From NCBI GenBank assembly GCA_044358425.1, contig CP054849.1:585281-603950 (forward strand): DNA of 18,670 bases. The letters run 5' to 3'. Under the pieces are notes generated by a model. It did no database searches. It was not told where the DNA came from and saw only the letters and a list, made by a program, of their open reading frames with translations. Shown piece by piece: positions 16,260 through 18,670 of the stretch. The position numbers and the translations under genes are program-made. The DNA comes from Marine Group I thaumarchaeote. GTDB taxonomy: Archaea; Thermoproteota; Nitrososphaeria; Nitrososphaerales; Nitrosopumilaceae. Each line of letters begins with the position of its first letter. The first letter of the stretch is position 1.

Positions 16260-16832
16260 GTGTTAAATAATTTACGTGAATCTCTTCGTCCCGCACTTGA
16301 AAAGGTAGGAAAAGGATTTGCTGCAACTGGATTGTCTCCAAACTTTTGGACTGTTGTAGGCCTTGTAATTGCATTAGCTTCTGCTGTTGTTTACGGAATG
16401 GGTATGGAATTTGGATTAATTATTGGAGGTATTTTGTTACTTGTTTCAGGATTCTTTGATATGGTTGATGGTCAAGTTGCAAGAGTAACTGGAAAAACTT
16501 CCAAAAAGGGTGAATACCTTGATTCAATGTTTGATAAAATTTCTGAAGTTGCAATCTTTTTAGGAATTTTAGTTGGTGGCTATGCAGAACCATATCTTGT
16601 ATTACTTGCAATCACTCTATCTTTACTAGTTAGTTATGCCAGGGCAAAATCTGATTTAATTAACATTAAACTTCAAGGAATTGGAATTGGTGAAAGAGCT
16701 GAAAGATTATTGGTAATTGCAATAGTTGGAATTATTGGTTTCATGGATTATGCTGTAATTATTGTAGTGATAATTGCAGGAATTACATTGATACAAAGAA
16801 TGATTTACACTGCAAAAAATATTTCTGAATAA
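16260..16832 (+). CDS. CDP-alcohol phosphatidyltransferase (archaetidylinositol-phosphate synthase-like)
   Basis: SPNFWT, DMVDGQVAR...G.YLDSMFD signature, VSYARAK and GERAER. GTG 16260 is the probable start. Confidence 0.92.
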   Translation: MLNNLRESLRPALEKVGKGFAATGLSPNFWTVVGLVIALASAVVYGMGMEFGLIIGGILLLVSGFFDMVDGQVARVTGKTSKKGEYLDSMFDKISEVAIFLGILVGGYAEPYLVLLAITLSLLVSYARAKSDLINIKLQGIGIGERAERLLVIAIVGIIGFMDYAVIIVVIIAGITLIQRMIYTAKNISE

Positions 16833-16834
16833 TA

Positions 16835-17122
16835 CTATCGGAGTTTACCGCGTTTTCTTCTGTTGTCTTCAGATCTAATTTTAAGAATTTTAAAATGAAT
16901 TGCACATGAAATACAGTAATGTTTCAAAACTGTTGGTGATGCAATGTATGCGCCTTGTGCTCTCAATTCTTTTGCTAATGTGTGTTCGACGAGGTTCAAT
17001 TTGGAAGTAACTTTTTTGGCTTTATCTTTTGGAACTGTTTGTCCACAGTTTGTACATTGAACTGTTCCTGAAGAGCCTTTTCCTCCTTTTGTACGACCTC
17101 TACTTGCACGCTTAAGTGGCAT
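16835..17122 (-). CDS. rps26e: 30S ribosomal protein S26e
   Basis: MPLKRASRGR, CTNCG..VPKDKA and YCISCAIH. TTATAAG at 17144-17150 (minus), 21 nt upstream. Confidence 0.97.
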   Translation of the reverse strand: MPLKRASRGRTKGGKGSSGTVQCTNCGQTVPKDKAKKVTSKLNLVEHTLAKELRAQGAYIASPTVLKHYCISCAIHFKILKIRSEDNRRKRGKLR

Positions 17123-17249
17123 GAATTCCAGCCATTTAGCCTACTTATAATCTTGTAGAATTTACTAAAAATCTTAGTTTTATGCCTAATTTTTTGAAAA
17201 TATTTACTTCATCCTTTAATTCTAGTTTGACTAATGATCTGTGGTTAAA

Positions 17250-17357
17250 TTGGAGGGATTATGTCATGTCTGTTTTAGCTCTGGTGTAAAATTACGTCTT
17301 TCTAAAGGAGTTATTCTATGTGGTGATTGTTTTGACAAAGAAAATGCAAAAAACTAA
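17250..17357 (+). CDS. Zinc-finger microprotein (35 aa; 38 aa from GTG 17241)
   Basis: Manual translation MEGLCHVCFSSGVKLRLSKGVILCGDCFDKENAKN: two CxxC pairs in an otherwise empty intergenic gap. Confidence 0.7.
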   Translation: MEGLCHVCFSSGVKLRLSKGVILCGDCFDKENAKN

Positions 17358-17383
17358 ATCTGCTATATCTAAAAACTAAAAAA

Positions 17384-18256
17384 ATGAAAAAATTAGCAAT
17401 TTATTCACATTGTGCGTTAGATACCATTTCCATTTCAGGAAATTCATATGAGCAAATTGGAGGAGCTGCATCTTACTGTGGATTAATGGCTCGCGAGTTA
17501 AAATTTGATGTTGATCTTTTTACAAAATACGGTACTGATTTTCCAAAACAATACCTGGTTGAGAAAAAAATTAATTTAATCAATCCTGATTCTGCTAAAA
17601 ATACTACCAAGTTTTCTATCTCCATTACTGGCAGTGATAGAACTCTAAAAATTGCCAATGAATGTGAACCAATAGAATACTCTGATGTTAATGCAGATGC
17701 ACATATTGTTAGTCCAATCTTTCATGAAATTTCTCAAGATGTCTTTAAGAAAATTAAACAAAATTCTAATTTTTTATTTGTAGATCCTCAAGGGTTTTTG
17801 AGACAAAAGGATTCTGAAAATAATGTTTTTCTTCAAAAAACTGATCTTGATTTAACAAACGTAAATGCAATTAAAATAAATCCTGAGGAGGGACAGAATA
17901 TTGTAGATGGCACCAATGATGAAATGATGTTAGCATTACAAAAAAAGGGAATTGAGCATGTAATACTAACTAACAAAACAGATGTTTCAATTTTAATAAA
18001 AAATAGAGTTTACTCTTTAAAATTACCAAACAAACATGTTCATGATACTACTGGAATTGGGGATATTTTTTGTTCTACATTTACTTGTACCATGATTAAA
18101 GAAAAGGACTTTTTGTGGGCATTTTGTTTTGCTGCAGGTTCTGCACAGGCAGCACTTGAATCAAATAATGTGGGATTGCAAAAAATTCCTAAAAAAGGTG
18201 ATGTAGAAAATAATGCATCTTATTTTTATAATCTAGTGGATTTTCGTGATTTGTAA
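17384..18256 (+). CDS. PfkB/ribokinase-family carbohydrate kinase
   Basis: IGGAASY N-terminal motif, VDPQG, KINPEE and C-terminal DTTGIGD anion-hole motif. Confidence 0.88.
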   Translation: MKKLAIYSHCALDTISISGNSYEQIGGAASYCGLMARELKFDVDLFTKYGTDFPKQYLVEKKINLINPDSAKNTTKFSISITGSDRTLKIANECEPIEYSDVNADAHIVSPIFHEISQDVFKKIKQNSNFLFVDPQGFLRQKDSENNVFLQKTDLDLTNVNAIKINPEEGQNIVDGTNDEMMLALQKKGIEHVILTNKTDVSILIKNRVYSLKLPNKHVHDTTGIGDIFCSTFTCTMIKEKDFLWAFCFAAGSAQAALESNNVGLQKIPKKGDVENNASYFYNLVDFRDL

Positions 18257-18377
18257 AATGATAAATCAAAAATTTAATTTATTTTTAATATGATTTTTTA
18301 ATTTATGCATAATTTCAAAATTGAAAATCATACTAGTATGAAAAAAAATACTGCTTAAGTTATAGTCTATATTTTCA

Positions 18378-18670
18378 GTGAGACTCGTGTTGAAAACTAG
18401 GTTATTTTCATCTGCTTTTGTTTTTACATTTTTTACAATACTTTTCTCCATTGGACTTACTCCAATTAATGACGCATATGCTGCCACTACTTTTGTAGAC
18501 GCATTCGACATATCTACTCAAGAGATAGAGTCTTCAGGTCTTGCATTTAACACAGATGGAACAAAGATGTTTGTGGTAGGTATGGATGGAGATGACGTAA
18601 ACGAGTACGCATGCACAACCGGATTTGATGTATCAACTTGTGCCTTTACAGACGCATTCTCAGTATCTTT
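18378..18670 (+). CDS. Secreted beta-propeller repeat surface protein, 5' part (runs off the window)
   Basis: Manual translation MRLVLKTRLFSSAFVFTFFTILFSIGLTPINDAYA-ATTFVDAFDISTQEIESSGLAFNTDGTKMFVVGMDGDDVNEYACTTGFDVSTCAFTDAFSVS. Signal peptide ends in AYA, followed by a GLAFNxDGTKMFVVG blade motif. Start is GTG 18378 or TTG 18390. Confidence 0.85.
   Translation, partial: MRLVLKTRLFSSAFVFTFFTILFSIGLTPINDAYAATTFVDAFDISTQEIESSGLAFNTDGTKMFVVGMDGDDVNEYACTTGFDVSTCAFTDAFSVS

Noticed and set aside
16177-17658. ORFs 16177-16374, 16420-16611 and 17473-17658
   Set aside because: Antisense to the CDP-alcohol transferase and the PfkB kinase.
18266-18511. 81-aa minus-strand ORF
   Set aside because: It overlaps the signal-peptide region of the plus-strand secreted protein, which has much stronger support.

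Overview
This is an AT-rich, tightly packed chromosomal segment of a marine ammonia-oxidising archaeon (Nitrososphaerota/Thaumarchaeota, Nitrosopumilaceae-like). The assignment is inferred from tbp-tfb, rpoK, rps25e, rps26e, Alba, archaeal-type thrS and TATA boxes about 21-23 nt before start codons. Most genes are housekeeping: tbp (partial), tfb, menA-like prenyltransferase, aldo/keto reductase, rpoK, rps25e, deoxyhypusine synthase-like, alkA, thrS, speB, CDP-alcohol phosphatidyltransferase, rps26e and a PfkB kinase. Four genes are missing from the ORF track: partial tbp, a 48-aa YHS/TRASH protein, a 35-38-aa CxxC-CxxC microprotein and the 5' end of a secreted beta-propeller repeat protein. 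The most notable observations are (1) an aRF1/eRF1 paralog that keeps GGQ but lacks the stop-codon decoding motifs, (2) a 220-aa protein built almost entirely of G[FY][DN]Kx repeats with a recent internal duplication, (3) a membrane-anchored pacifastin-like Cys miniprotein, (4) a single palindromic TATA box exactly centred between two divergent genes, and (5) a SpeY-like DHS near agmatinase. I saw no tRNA, rRNA, CRISPR array or mobile element. All calls come from reading motifs by eye; no searches were run.
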